Positions 25,893 to 35,346 of a stretch of 64,000 nucleotides of DNA are shown piece after piece. A program made the position numbers and the translations under genes. Under the pieces are notes generated by a model that searched no databases, was not told where the DNA came from, and saw nothing but the letters and a program-made list of their open reading frames with translations. This DNA is from a virus. Lineage: Duplodnaviria > Heunggongvirae > Uroviricota > Caudoviricetes. The stretch covers positions 1 through 64,000 of IMG/VR virus record IMGVR_UViG_3300012347_000377, one strand, 5' to 3'. Numbering within the stretch: the stretch's first letter is position 1; each line of letters starts with the position of its first letter.

Positions 25893-26268
25893 CCGATTGA
25901 TGTTTCGTTTGATGGTATGTTTTTAAGTTGCCAAAGTGCCGAAAGGATTACTTGATAAGTAAAAAGGATAAACCATCGTAATTGGCTCTATAATTGTTGA
26001 GGTCGCACCAAAGACAATGAGTGGGTGAATGATGATTAAATGTAGGTGACACTCCTTAATACTAGGATTGGAGAGAAGAGTTGGTGCATTTAGTAAGTAG
26101 TTCATAAGATGGGTTCGATTCCCATTAGAGTCTCAATGATTACTGAAATTGAATGATACGAGCCCCGAAAGTTCGAAAAGAGTCAGGCAGTAATCATAGA
26201 GTGGATTCATCAGTTGATGAAAACCAATCGGGGGTTGTCCCACTAGAATGGAAACATCCCCTGCATTT

Positions 26269-26342
26269 GGGACGTTAGTAGAGATGGTTACAATGTCGCC
26301 CTGTCACGGCGAAGGTCACGGGTTCGAGTCCCGTACGTCCCG
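26269..26342 (+). tRNA. tRNA-Asp (GTC)
   Basis: GGGACGT/ACGTCCC, TCGCC-CTGTCAC-GGCGA, ACGGG-TTCGAGT-CCCGT. Confidence 0.8.
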
Positions 26343-26465
26343 CAAATCCCGTTGATTACCTAATCTCAACATAAGGAATCACGTATAGGGAGTTGAGCAG
26401 ATTGAGAAGCTGTTTTGGCGGTAACGCTGAGAATATCTTGACACTTTGGAAAGACAAAGATTTTT

Positions 26466-26537
26466 GGCCCTATAATTAAACGGATATAATGCTTCCCTTC
26501 TAAGGAAGACTTGGGAGTTCGATTCTCTCTGGGGCTA
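26466..26537 (+). tRNA. tRNA-Arg (TCT)
   Basis: GGCCCTA/TGGGGCT, CTTCC-CTTCTAA-GGAAG. Confidence 0.7.
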
Positions 26538-26584
26538 CATAAAAATTAAAACGTAAACCATAAAATAAACCAAAACAAAAAATT

Positions 26585-27013
26585 ATGCAAAATCTTTTTA
26601 TTAGTATTATTATGTTGTTGTCACCAATTGAATTGACATCGACAAATGTAGAAATTGAAGAAAGTAGTTTAGAAGAAATTGGAGTAGTAACGGTCACAAC
26701 ATATACATCAACAATTGGAGAATGTGATAGTTCACCCAACGTAACTGCGAGTGGATTTAAAATCAGTAAGAGGAATCCAAAAAAACACAGAATCATTGCC
26801 GTAAGTAGAGATTTAAAACGTAAATTGAAATTCGGTCAGAAAGTAAAAGTAACTGGTGCTGGAAAGTATAATGGTGAATATGTAGTAAGGGATGTAATGA
26901 ATAAAAGATATAGAAGACATATCGATATTCTAATCAATCCTAAAGATAAACAAACTAAATTTTCAAAAGTGAAAATTTATAAAATAAAAGATAAAAAAGA
27001 TTTGGAATTGTAA
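26585..27013 (+). CDS. 3D-domain (MltA/YocH-like) protein, secreted
   Basis: Signal peptide; TASGFKI...IIAVSRDL...KVKVTGAG...RHIDIL resembles 3D domain. Confidence 0.4.
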   Translation: MQNLFISIIMLLSPIELTSTNVEIEESSLEEIGVVTVTTYTSTIGECDSSPNVTASGFKISKRNPKKHRIIAVSRDLKRKLKFGQKVKVTGAGKYNGEYVVRDVMNKRYRRHIDILINPKDKQTKFSKVKIYKIKDKKDLEL

Positions 27014-27032
27014 AATAAATTTCGTATCTTTG
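27001..27032 (+). promoter_or_regulatory. phage promoter overlapping end of upstream gene
   Basis: tttggaattgtaaaataaatttcgtatctttg. Confidence 0.5.
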
Positions 27033-27094
27033 TATATATCATACACAATTGATTGATTTTCTAACATATCTTATATTTATATTAAAGAGTTGAT

Positions 27095-27535
27095 ATGAAA
27101 GTAAGTGATGAAAAGATAATTGAAATATGTAATAACTCAATATCAATGGCTAGAGCAGCAGTTGATTTAGGAATACATTTTAATACTCTAAAAAGTAGAG
27201 CAATTAAATTGGGGTGTTATAAAATAAACCCATCTGGTAAGGGGATAAAAAAACCTAAAAGAGATGGATTTGATAAGATAGCTCTTTCTAAAATACTGAA
27301 TGGTGATGAACCACAATATCAAACTAATAAATTACGAATTAGATTGATTAAAGAAGGTATTAAAGAAGAAAAATGTGAAGTATGTGGTATAACCGAATGG
27401 AATGGTAAATCAGTTTCATTTGAATTGGATCATATAGATGGTAATAGGACAAATCACAAATTAATTAATTTAAGAATAATTTGTCCAAATTGTCATTCAC
27501 AAACTGAAACATATAGAGCAAGAAATATTAAGTAA
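27095..27535 (+). CDS. HNH homing endonuclease
   Basis: ELDHIDGNRTNH...ICPNCH (HNH with zinc ligands). Confidence 0.7.
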   Translation: MKVSDEKIIEICNNSISMARAAVDLGIHFNTLKSRAIKLGCYKINPSGKGIKKPKRDGFDKIALSKILNGDEPQYQTNKLRIRLIKEGIKEEKCEVCGITEWNGKSVSFELDHIDGNRTNHKLINLRIICPNCHSQTETYRARNIK

Positions 27536-27536
27536 T

Positions 27537-27622
27537 GCCTCGGTGGAGAAATTGGTAGACTCGCAGCACTTAAAATGCTGTCCGCCGTAAGGAGGGTGCC
27601 GGTTCGACTCCGGCCCGAGGTA
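27537..27622 (+). tRNA. tRNA-Leu (TAA)
   Basis: GCCTCGG/CCGAGGT, CAGCA-CTTAAAA-TGCTG, long variable arm, GCCGG-TTCGACT-CCGGC. Confidence 0.8.
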
Positions 27623-27737
27623 CAATGTAATGATTCGAAAGAATAGCGGAACAGATGCTAAGAATGAAATGGAAACGTTTGAAACTCGTATAAAGGAGTG
27701 AATTCGAAACAAACCGCACAGACATTACATTATTTTT

Positions 27738-27811
27738 GGGGATGTAGCTCAGTTGGCTAGAGCATCTGCCTTGCACGCAGAGGGTCGCAGGTTCGATTCC
27801 TGTCATCTCCA
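27738..27811 (+). tRNA. tRNA-Ala (TGC)
   Basis: GGGGATG/CATCTCC with G3:U70, TCTGC-CTTGCAC-GCAGA. Confidence 0.85.
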
Positions 27812-27819
27812 CTTTATTT

Positions 27820-27891
27820 GCTCCGTTCGACAAGCGGTTAAGTCACGTCCCTTTCACGGATGAGTCACGGGTTCGATTCCCGTACGGAGTA
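27820..27891 (+). tRNA. tRNA-Glu (TTC)
   Basis: GCTCCGT/ACGGAGT, CGTCC-CTTTCAC-GGATG. Confidence 0.75.
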
Positions 27892-27921
27892 CAACTATCG
27901 TTCTTTGATAAAACTAAAATT

Positions 27922-28284
27922 ATGGAAATACTATACATTGGCTTAGGTATATTATCATCGGCTTTTATATTCCTTTTGGGGTATTCGGTGAATGGTGTAT
28001 TTAACACACAGAAAAGAATAGTTGAATTGCAAGAGCAAATTAAAACTATTGATGTCAATTTAGGACAGATTGAAGAACACATTCATATCAGAATTAATGT
28101 AGTTGAAAAAGAACTACAAACAAACATTGATAGGGTGGATAGGGAATCGACAGCATTGTTAGATTCTCGATTAGACAAATTGGAAGCACGAATTCGAAAG
28201 GATATTCCAATTACGAATGATGAATTATTAAAAGAAATGAACGAAATTAAAGATGCGTTCAGACAAATGAGATTAACTTTATAA
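27922..28284 (+). CDS. membrane-anchored coiled-coil protein (120 aa)
   Basis: N-terminal TM helix then heptad-rich segment. Confidence 0.45.
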   Translation: MEILYIGLGILSSAFIFLLGYSVNGVFNTQKRIVELQEQIKTIDVNLGQIEEHIHIRINVVEKELQTNIDRVDRESTALLDSRLDKLEARIRKDIPITNDELLKEMNEIKDAFRQMRLTL

Positions 28285-28310
28285 ACTAATATAAAGAACG
28301 ATAGTTAAAC

Positions 28311-28398
28311 GGAGAGTTGTCAGAGTGGTCGATTGAGGTAGTCTTGAAAACTACTGCTTGTAACAGGGCCGGGGGTTCGAATCCCTCACTCTCCTCCA
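28311..28398 (+). tRNA. tRNA-Ser (TGA), CCA encoded
   Basis: GGAGAGT/ACTCTCC, GTAGT-CTTGAAA-ACTAC, long variable arm, ends TCCA. Confidence 0.8.
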
Positions 28399-28423
28399 AT
28401 TTTTAAATTTAAAACTAAATAGA

Positions 28424-28852
28424 ATGAATGTAAAACAAGCGTTAAAACTAAAAAATAAATTAGTTGGCGAAATCAAAGAGCAATACGAAATTGCAAAAAA
28501 GTATAATTCAATCGAAGAAGGTAATCCTCGTAGATACCAGATTGAAGGAGCATTACAACGTTCCGCAACTTTAACCAAAGAGTTGGTTGAATTGAAAACC
28601 AAATTACACAAAGCAAATATGCCGGTGTATCATTTAATCTTCGAATTAGCTGAAGCTAAGGGTAGAATTAAAGAATTGAAAAAAATCCCAACGGATGAAG
28701 GTAAACAAGAATCTCGTTATGGTAGTGTCATTTCAGTTAAAGAAGTAGAATTATCAGTAGTTGAAATCGCTGGTAAAATTAGATCAATGGAAGAAACTAT
28801 TGAAAGAATTCAGAATGAGTTGGATATTCATAATTCGAATACCCAAATCTAA
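28424..28852 (+). CDS. coiled-coil protein (142 aa)
   Basis: ORF. Confidence 0.45.
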   Translation: MNVKQALKLKNKLVGEIKEQYEIAKKYNSIEEGNPRRYQIEGALQRSATLTKELVELKTKLHKANMPVYHLIFELAEAKGRIKELKKIPTDEGKQESRYGSVISVKEVELSVVEIAGKIRSMEETIERIQNELDIHNSNTQI

Positions 28853-29073
28853 AAATATTGAGTAGAAGGGGGAGATGATATTTTTCTAATACATTCTTAC
28901 AATTCAACTATCTGGCACATAGCGGATGAACGATTAAGATATAGAACGATACACAACCTTCAACCCTTTTAGAGTCAACAATCGACCACTTTCAATGAAC
29001 TCAAACCTCGCTGAAACCTGGATGTCTTTTAAATTTTGATTCGAACCCTGAAACTCATTTATAAAAAACACAT

Positions 29074-30150
29074 ATGGATATTAATCAAATATTTGGAAAT
29101 TCTAAACAATTTAGTAATATTACACAGATAAACGAATTATTAAATGATGATGAAATCTATATCATAGATGGGTATATGATTAAACAAATGTCTTATCGTA
29201 TTGATGATGAAACTCCATATAAAGTTTCCATTGATCGTAAAGCCATCATTAGAAATAATCTAAAAAAAATAACAGATACATATAAAAAAATTATGTATTT
29301 TGAATCCGAAGAACTAGCATATGATTATGAGTCGGTTTCATATTTTATCGATTTATGTATGGAATTCGATGTTAAATTATTCATTTATTCATTTAATTGT
29401 AATATTAACGATTTCTTAAAAGTAAAATATCCAAATAAATATCCTACTCAAATATTAGCAAATACTGCAACTACTCTAATACAAAATTGTAATGGGCTTC
29501 CATCTAATTTGACTAGAACTAAAAATAAAAAATTACTTTTTTTAAATTATAATAGAAAAATAAATAGAGATTTAATAATAACATATCTTAAAAATTGGAA
29601 TGAATTACATAATCCAGAAAACATAATTTCATATCATAACAATTATACATTTAATTCAAATGTATATAAAACTATGTATAAAGATTATGCTGAAAAAAAT
29701 GGTATAGATTTTAATTATTTAGATTCATTGGTTTTAAAACCTGAAGAAGTTGATGTTCATAATCAAAGTGATGCACAGCAAAAAGCACAATTACTGCATT
29801 ATGAATCTAAATTTAATATAATTTGTGAACCATTTTTTGGATTAAGTGATAATCCAAATGAATATGAATATTACAACCATACACTAAGTAGAAAGGTAGT
29901 ATATCCTATATTATATAACAATGTTATATTTGTTCACGAACATAGTCCAATCTTATCTAAGACATTGAAAAATTTAGGATTTGAATTATTTTTTGATAAT
30001 ATTGAGGATTTTAAAAATAATATGACAGATAAGTTTTACTATTCAGACGAAACTCAAAGAAAACTCATACATAATAATACGTTATTGGAAAAACTTGGCT
30101 CAAGTTATAAAAAAACTTTAACGGATGAAATAAATAATTTTTTTAATTAA
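29074..30150 (+). CDS. hypothetical protein (358 aa), very A+T-rich (N/Y/I/K-rich)
   Basis: Long ORF inside tRNA region; composition differs from neighbours. Confidence 0.45.
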   Translation: MDINQIFGNSKQFSNITQINELLNDDEIYIIDGYMIKQMSYRIDDETPYKVSIDRKAIIRNNLKKITDTYKKIMYFESEELAYDYESVSYFIDLCMEFDVKLFIYSFNCNINDFLKVKYPNKYPTQILANTATTLIQNCNGLPSNLTRTKNKKLLFLNYNRKINRDLIITYLKNWNELHNPENIISYHNNYTFNSNVYKTMYKDYAEKNGIDFNYLDSLVLKPEEVDVHNQSDAQQKAQLLHYESKFNIICEPFFGLSDNPNEYEYYNHTLSRKVVYPILYNNVIFVHEHSPILSKTLKNLGFELFFDNIEDFKNNMTDKFYYSDETQRKLIHNNTLLEKLGSSYKKTLTDEINNFFN

Positions 30151-30186
30151 AAATTAAAAATAGTATATATATAAGTATATACAAAC

Positions 30187-30271
30187 GGAGGCGTGGCAGA
30201 GTGGTCGAACGCGGCGGTCTTGAAAACCGTTATACTGCAAGGTATCGTAGGTTCGAATCCTACCGCCTCCG
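30187..30271 (+). tRNA. tRNA-Ser (TGA), second copy
   Basis: GGAGGCG/CGCCTCC, GCGGT-CTTGAAA-ACCGT, long variable arm. Confidence 0.75.
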
Positions 30272-30515
30272 CAACCTTATTCTCATGTTGGGCTCAGGTG
30301 AGTGAAAAGCGTACGAGGTTACTGAGTCCTTTATTGTAGTGTGACGAAATTGGCAGACGTGCCCTCCTGTCTCGGGGGTGTGGAATAAAGAAATAGATTG
30401 ACAATATGGGGTAGACCACCAGCATGCATGCGAACGATGTTGTCAATTGAATCTCCATTTGAGTGGTTCGAATCCCTTCACTACAGCATTATTAATTTAA
30501 TATCCAGTATCGATA

Positions 30516-30725
30516 ATGGCAACATTAGAAACCCAATTTAAACAATACCAATATGATAATCCAACTTCTAAATTAAGTTTTGAGGAATGGAAAACATCGG
30601 TATTATCAGTTCAATCACAAAGTATTATTGAACAAATTATTGAATTAAAAAAACTTCCCACAACTCAAACTACTAAATTGTTGATACAAAAACTTCAACA
30701 ACAAATGGATGAGTCATATGAATAA
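30516..30725 (+). CDS. hypothetical protein (69 aa)
   Basis: ORF. Confidence 0.4.
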   Translation: MATLETQFKQYQYDNPTSKLSFEEWKTSVLSVQSQSIIEQIIELKKLPTTQTTKLLIQKLQQQMDESYE

Positions 30726-30727
30726 CA

Positions 30728-30988
30728 ATGAGTCAGATAATTAACATACTTGAAGGTTGGGGTAATGTAGTTAGAAATCATTTCGATATGCTCGATAAAG
30801 ATACTAAATCATTATCCATAACTCGATTAGTGCATTGTGATAATTGTGATTTAAGAACTTCAAATTCATGTGATACTGATAAATACGGATACCATGTTAA
30901 AACTGGTAAACGAACTTATGGTTGTGGTTGTAATATTGCAGCTAAAACTTTATCCAGAAATTCTGAATGTCCATTAGGTAAATGGTGA
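30728..30988 (+). CDS. Cys-rich small protein (86 aa, at least 9 Cys)
   Basis: CDNCD...SCD...GCGCN...ECPLGKW. Confidence 0.4.
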   Translation: MSQIINILEGWGNVVRNHFDMLDKDTKSLSITRLVHCDNCDLRTSNSCDTDKYGYHVKTGKRTYGCGCNIAAKTLSRNSECPLGKW

Positions 30989-31004
30989 TTACCTATATAA
31001 TAAA

Positions 31005-31274
31005 ATGAAACTAATCAAAAACCAAAAAACGATTGAATTATTAGAAGGTGTTGGTGTAGTAATGCGAATTATAGCTTTCGGAACACTTTCCATTATGGGT
31101 AAAGATACTCCCTTTCTTTGGATGTGGATATGGAATACCATCGATGCAGTTATATTAACTTATGCTGCATGGGCCCGTGATAATAAATCGTATATTCTTT
31201 TAAACTTCTTTTGGTTAATAGTGGGAGTTGTTGGTATTTACACCTCAATATATGGAAATGGTATTTCTCACTAA
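31005..31274 (+). CDS. small membrane protein
   Basis: 3 hydrophobic helices. Confidence 0.4.
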   Translation: MKLIKNQKTIELLEGVGVVMRIIAFGTLSIMGKDTPFLWMWIWNTIDAVILTYAAWARDNKSYILLNFFWLIVGVVGIYTSIYGNGISH

Positions 31275-31295
31275 TCTTGCCCGCTTAAAATTAAT

Positions 31296-31544
31296 ATGAA
31301 AGGTAATGTAATTAACATCGATAAACAACAAATTGAGTTAATCAATTTAATAGATGAATGGTTGCGAGATGAAATGGTGGAAACAACTACTACCAAAGCT
31401 CAATTAAATGTAATTTATAACGCTAGAGAATTTCTAACAAAGATTTTAGAAAAAGGATGGTATAGAGATGGTGGTGATGATCAATTACTACTTATCGAAT
31501 TAAGAAGTGAATGGATTAGAAATGGTGGCAAGTGGAGAAGCTAA
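31296..31544 (+). CDS. hypothetical protein (82 aa)
   Basis: ORF. Confidence 0.4.
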   Translation: MKGNVINIDKQQIELINLIDEWLRDEMVETTTTKAQLNVIYNAREFLTKILEKGWYRDGGDDQLLLIELRSEWIRNGGKWRS

Positions 31545-31642
31545 TTAGCTTATCAGTTAAAGGTTATTAAGTTTTCTTTTTACTTTTCCCCCCTCCCCCA
31601 TATATAGCTTATATAACTATAGCGATTTAAAAAAAATAATAA

Positions 31643-33472
31643 ATGGAAGATATTTCAAAAGTAGAAAAACGAATTCTTGAACAAATAGAAAGTAATGTTC
31701 CGTTGGTTGATGTGAAAATTGATTTAAGTAATTATCTGAAACATGCGTTTGTTAATGACCACATCGATAAATCTAAACAAGAAATAACTCACACTTTTCA
31801 ATATGAAACATTAGGAGAACAAGATTGTTTATTAATGCAAGCTCCTAATATCAATGAATCTGGTTATTATGCCGGTATTGTTGCGTTAAAATCCTACATA
31901 GATAAATTTCATTCAGATTTGAATGTTGCAATTATAGACCCCGTAATTGATTATTTTTATCTATATCCACCAAATAAAGAATCTGAATTTTTTAATATGT
32001 TCAACACCTATGCAATGCAAGGTCAATATGAACGTTTATATGAATTCACCGAAATGAATGATATGGTTGAAGGATTTGTCTTCAAATATATCGAAAAAAC
32101 CAATCCTGCATTTTTTGGATTAAGTATTATCGATGGTAATATCGATGCATCGATTGCAATTGCAAGAAGAGTTAAAGAACAATATCCACATATTAAAATT
32201 TTGATGGGTGGTAATGGAATTGAGGTTTTAGACTTCGGTGTTCTACCGAATCCTACTTACACAACTGAAAAATATGATTTCATTGATATTTTTGTAAGGG
32301 GCGATGGTGAAATTACTTTTGTGGAAATTTTGAAATCGGACATGTCTGAAGAATATCTAAAAACTATAAATGGAATTATTTGGAGAAATTCGGAAGGTAA
32401 GTTAGTTCATAATCATACTCGTGAAAATGTTGATATGGATATTTTACCATTTCCAGATTATGCTTCATTAGAGGAAAATTATTATTACAAATCTACCTAC
32501 CAATACAATGTTCCACTTGTTATGAGTAGAGGATGTCCTTACAGATGCACATTTTGTTCAGTACCTGAATTTATTCCGGTCTTCCGCTATCGTAAATTAG
32601 AATCGGTAATTGAAGAAATGGAACATTGGATTAACAAAGGACGTTATCACTTTTTCTGCCACGATTCAATTATTAATGGTGATCCAAGATGGTTGAAAAA
32701 ATTCTGCGAGGCAGTTATTGAAAAAGATTGGTATGCAAAATATGGTGTATCATTTGGTGGTAATATGAGATTACAAACTCCAATGCGTGATTTAGAAACA
32801 ATGCGATTATATCGTAAAGCCGGATTATTAAAAATGATTACAGGGTTTGAATCTGCATCAGAGCCAGTTTTAAAACATATGAAAAAATATCCTAATATGG
32901 ATGGGGTTAGGGAAATTTTTGAAAATGTTCGAATTATCAATAGTGAAAATGAACCTCCAATGATGTTTGCAATGCAACTTATTATTGGATACTTAAATGA
33001 GAGTGAGGAAGATTTTCAGAAAACAATTGATTTTGTGAAAGAGTATAAAGATTGTATGTCTGAAATCTTAACTTGTTCTGGGTTTCTTATCCACGAAACT
33101 TTACGAAAGAAATGGGTAGAAGATGGTAATTTTTTACAATATCATAATACGGTTAATTTTAATACCAATTATAATACTGCAGAAGAACGTTTGGATAGAC
33201 TTAACAGAATCGATGAAGTATTTAAAGAAATAGGAATACCACATTCGGTCTATAATAGAGGTTTATATTATGATTTAAAAGATAAAACTGATACGGAAAT
33301 CGGTGATATTTACAATATCGATGATTGTAAAAATCCGGACAAGATATTAGAAATAAATCAGTATTATAAAAATACTGAAGAAGAAATAATGGTTGAAACT
33401 GAATCGGAGATAATTGAAGAATATATTCAAATGTCAAATGAAGAACCTCCAAAAATTACTAAATTAATTTAA
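31643..33472 (+). CDS. B12-binding-domain radical SAM enzyme
   Basis: CPYRCTFCSV (CxxxCxxC) preceded by Rossmann-like ILMGGNGIE region typical of cobalamin-binding rSAM proteins. Confidence 0.75.
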   Translation: MEDISKVEKRILEQIESNVPLVDVKIDLSNYLKHAFVNDHIDKSKQEITHTFQYETLGEQDCLLMQAPNINESGYYAGIVALKSYIDKFHSDLNVAIIDPVIDYFYLYPPNKESEFFNMFNTYAMQGQYERLYEFTEMNDMVEGFVFKYIEKTNPAFFGLSIIDGNIDASIAIARRVKEQYPHIKILMGGNGIEVLDFGVLPNPTYTTEKYDFIDIFVRGDGEITFVEILKSDMSEEYLKTINGIIWRNSEGKLVHNHTRENVDMDILPFPDYASLEENYYYKSTYQYNVPLVMSRGCPYRCTFCSVPEFIPVFRYRKLESVIEEMEHWINKGRYHFFCHDSIINGDPRWLKKFCEAVIEKDWYAKYGVSFGGNMRLQTPMRDLETMRLYRKAGLLKMITGFESASEPVLKHMKKYPNMDGVREIFENVRIINSENEPPMMFAMQLIIGYLNESEEDFQKTIDFVKEYKDCMSEILTCSGFLIHETLRKKWVEDGNFLQYHNTVNFNTNYNTAEERLDRLNRIDEVFKEIGIPHSVYNRGLYYDLKDKTDTEIGDIYNIDDCKNPDKILEINQYYKNTEEEIMVETESEIIEEYIQMSNEEPPKITKLI

Positions 33473-33475
33473 TAT

Positions 33476-33509
33476 ATAACCCATTGAAATTCAATGGGTT
33501 TATTTTTTA
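33476..33509 (+). terminator. rho-independent terminator (conserved hairpin family)
   Basis: AACCCATTGAAATTCAATGGGTT plus T-run. Confidence 0.65.
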
Positions 33510-33530
33510 TTAAAAATAATTGAAAAAACA

Positions 33531-33562
33531 TTTGGAAAATTGAAAAAAAGGTTGTATATTAG
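33531..33562 (+). promoter_or_regulatory. phage promoter
   Basis: tttggaaaattgaaaaaaaggttgtatattag. Confidence 0.5.
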
Positions 33563-33598
33563 CTAAGTAATAAGAGATAAACAATAAAACTTAAACAT

Positions 33599-33889
33599 AT
33601 GAAAACTCAATTTGAAATTTGGTTAGAAAAGGTTAATAGTGAATTTGAAGGTGTGGTATATAGTTGGTCACCTTTAACTGCTAAGAAAGGTTCTAAGTTT
33701 ATAAAAATACAAAACGGAAGTACGGTTTGGGGATTCGTTTCAATGTATGATGGTGAGTTTCAAGGATTTCCTGTTAAGAAAGGTGATTTAATGAAACCAG
33801 CAAGTTGGAGAGCCCCAGCCAAACATAGTAGAGGAAATATATTCGATGGAACTGCTCGTTATAAATGGACAGGACCAGAATACTTATAA
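33599..33889 (+). CDS. hypothetical protein (96 aa)
   Basis: ORF. Confidence 0.45.
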   Translation: MKTQFEIWLEKVNSEFEGVVYSWSPLTAKKGSKFIKIQNGSTVWGFVSMYDGEFQGFPVKKGDLMKPASWRAPAKHSRGNIFDGTARYKWTGPEYL

Positions 33890-34032
33890 AATTAAATTAT
33901 GGAAACATTAGCAGTAATAGTAGGATTGTTATGTGTGGTATTTATATACCTATCGTTCAAACATGTTCAGATACATGAAAAAAAAGATATTAAAGTTTTT
34001 AAAAAAATGACAAAAAATAAAAAACCAAAAAA

Positions 34033-34293
34033 ATGATTGTAAAGGATTTTAGAAAATGGATTAATTCATTACCAGTTGAATTCGATGAGTATGAATTAAC
34101 TCATAGAGAATATTATGATGTAGATGGTGAAAATCTCTTTGCAAATGAAGTTCCGTTAGTATCAGTTCATATTGATGATTCTGAAAACAAAGCTTGTTTA
34201 ATGCACGAACAATCATATTTAGTATTTAAAGGTGATGAATCTATAACTAAATTAAAAGTTCCAAGTAAAAAAGTAGAGGTAGATGGATTATGA
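34033..34293 (+). CDS. hypothetical protein
   Basis: ORF. Confidence 0.4.
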   Translation: MIVKDFRKWINSLPVEFDEYELTHREYYDVDGENLFANEVPLVSVHIDDSENKACLMHEQSYLVFKGDESITKLKVPSKKVEVDGL

Positions 34294-34516
34294 TGATCCA
34301 TATGAATTAGAGGCTGATTTATATTATAAAAATTCCAAAGCTCCATTTGAAATAATGGTAGATACGTTTCATGGAATTTATAATAGAAATTGGAAACTAT
34401 ATTTACAATCAATCGAATGGGATAGTGAGTGGTTAAGACACGATACTATGGCTGAAATGATTGAACGATTTGAGAGAAAACAAAAAGAATTGCACCCTTT
34501 TAAACAATTTATATGA
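34283..34516 (+). CDS. hypothetical protein
   Basis: ORF overlapping neighbours by ATGA-type junctions. Confidence 0.4.
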   Translation: MDYDDPYELEADLYYKNSKAPFEIMVDTFHGIYNRNWKLYLQSIEWDSEWLRHDTMAEMIERFERKQKELHPFKQFI

Positions 34517-34758
34517 TGTATGATTTTGAATATGAAAATATAATTCAGCATTGGGCTGATAAATTAGATATGGAAGTTGATGAAGTTCAACGTGCAATTT
34601 TAATTGAATCCTATAAAGTAATAACGGAACAATTTGGGGTAACCACTATGAGTTTCGATGAATTAATTCAGAATACTCTTTTAGATTTAAAGTGGGAAGC
34701 TAAATATCCCGGTCTAAATCTACACGAAAGAGTAACTGCTTATTATAACCTAAATTAA
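34513..34758 (+). CDS. hypothetical protein
   Basis: ORF. Confidence 0.4.
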   Translation: MMYDFEYENIIQHWADKLDMEVDEVQRAILIESYKVITEQFGVTTMSFDELIQNTLLDLKWEAKYPGLNLHERVTAYYNLN

Positions 34759-35099
34759 TGAATAACCTAATAACAGGTATCCTCTATGGAATAGTGGGAC
34801 AAATAATAACTTTTTTACAATTACAAGGAAATGTAAAATATGGTTGGTATGAAAAATATCCAATCATAATTTTACTTAGTTCAATCCCATCCACATGGTT
34901 TTATGTTAAATCCGTAGATAATTTTGTTCAAGCATTTGATGGTCAGATTTGGCCATCGAGAATGATTGGGTTTGGTATTGGTATTATTATATTCGTAACA
35001 TTGAGTATGATTTTATTCAAAGAACCAATTACCATTAAAACCTTAATTTGTTTAATCCTTGCAGTTGCTATTCTTTGTATTCAAATTTTTTGGAAATAA
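34758..35099 (+). CDS. membrane protein (113 aa)
   Basis: Hydrophobic. Confidence 0.45.
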   Translation: MNNLITGILYGIVGQIITFLQLQGNVKYGWYEKYPIIILLSSIPSTWFYVKSVDNFVQAFDGQIWPSRMIGFGIGIIIFVTLSMILFKEPITIKTLICLILAVAILCIQIFWK

Positions 35100-35100
35100 A

Positions 35101-35132
35101 TTTGGATATGTAAAATATTATTCGTATATTTG
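35101..35132 (+). promoter_or_regulatory. phage promoter
   Basis: tttggatatgtaaaatattattcgtatatttg. Confidence 0.5.
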
Positions 35133-35160
35133 TAATATAAACATTAAACCATAAACGAAT

Positions 35161-35343
35161 ATGACTTGGAAATATAGAGAAATGGGTTCTCGTGATAAAA
35201 AAACTGGTAAGTTAAAATATTACGATGTGACCGTTACGGATTGGAAAATTACCAATTGCACATGTGAGGCTAGAAGTTTTCGTAGATTCTCTCCTTGCAA
35301 ACATATGGTTTCAATAAATAAAAAATTAGGACATACTTTATAA
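35161..35343 (+). CDS. SWIM-type zinc-finger small protein
   Basis: CTCEARSFRRFSPCKH fits CxC...CxH. Confidence 0.4.
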   Translation: MTWKYREMGSRDKKTGKLKYYDVTVTDWKITNCTCEARSFRRFSPCKHMVSINKKLGHTL

Positions 35344-35346
35344 AAA

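Noticed and set aside
25893-26260. T-arm-like ATGGG-TTCGATT-CCCAT at about 26100-26128 and other tRNA-like pieces in the 370-nt spacer
   Set aside because: Could not find a matching acceptor stem at canonical distance; left as unassigned structured spacer
23724-28611. Minus-strand track ORFs 23724-24026, 25923-26105, 26500-26796, 27497-27712, 27570-27833, 27843-28082, 28351-28611
   Set aside because: All overlap tRNA genes or structured spacers on the opposite strand; no promoter or start context; the genome is otherwise strictly + stranded
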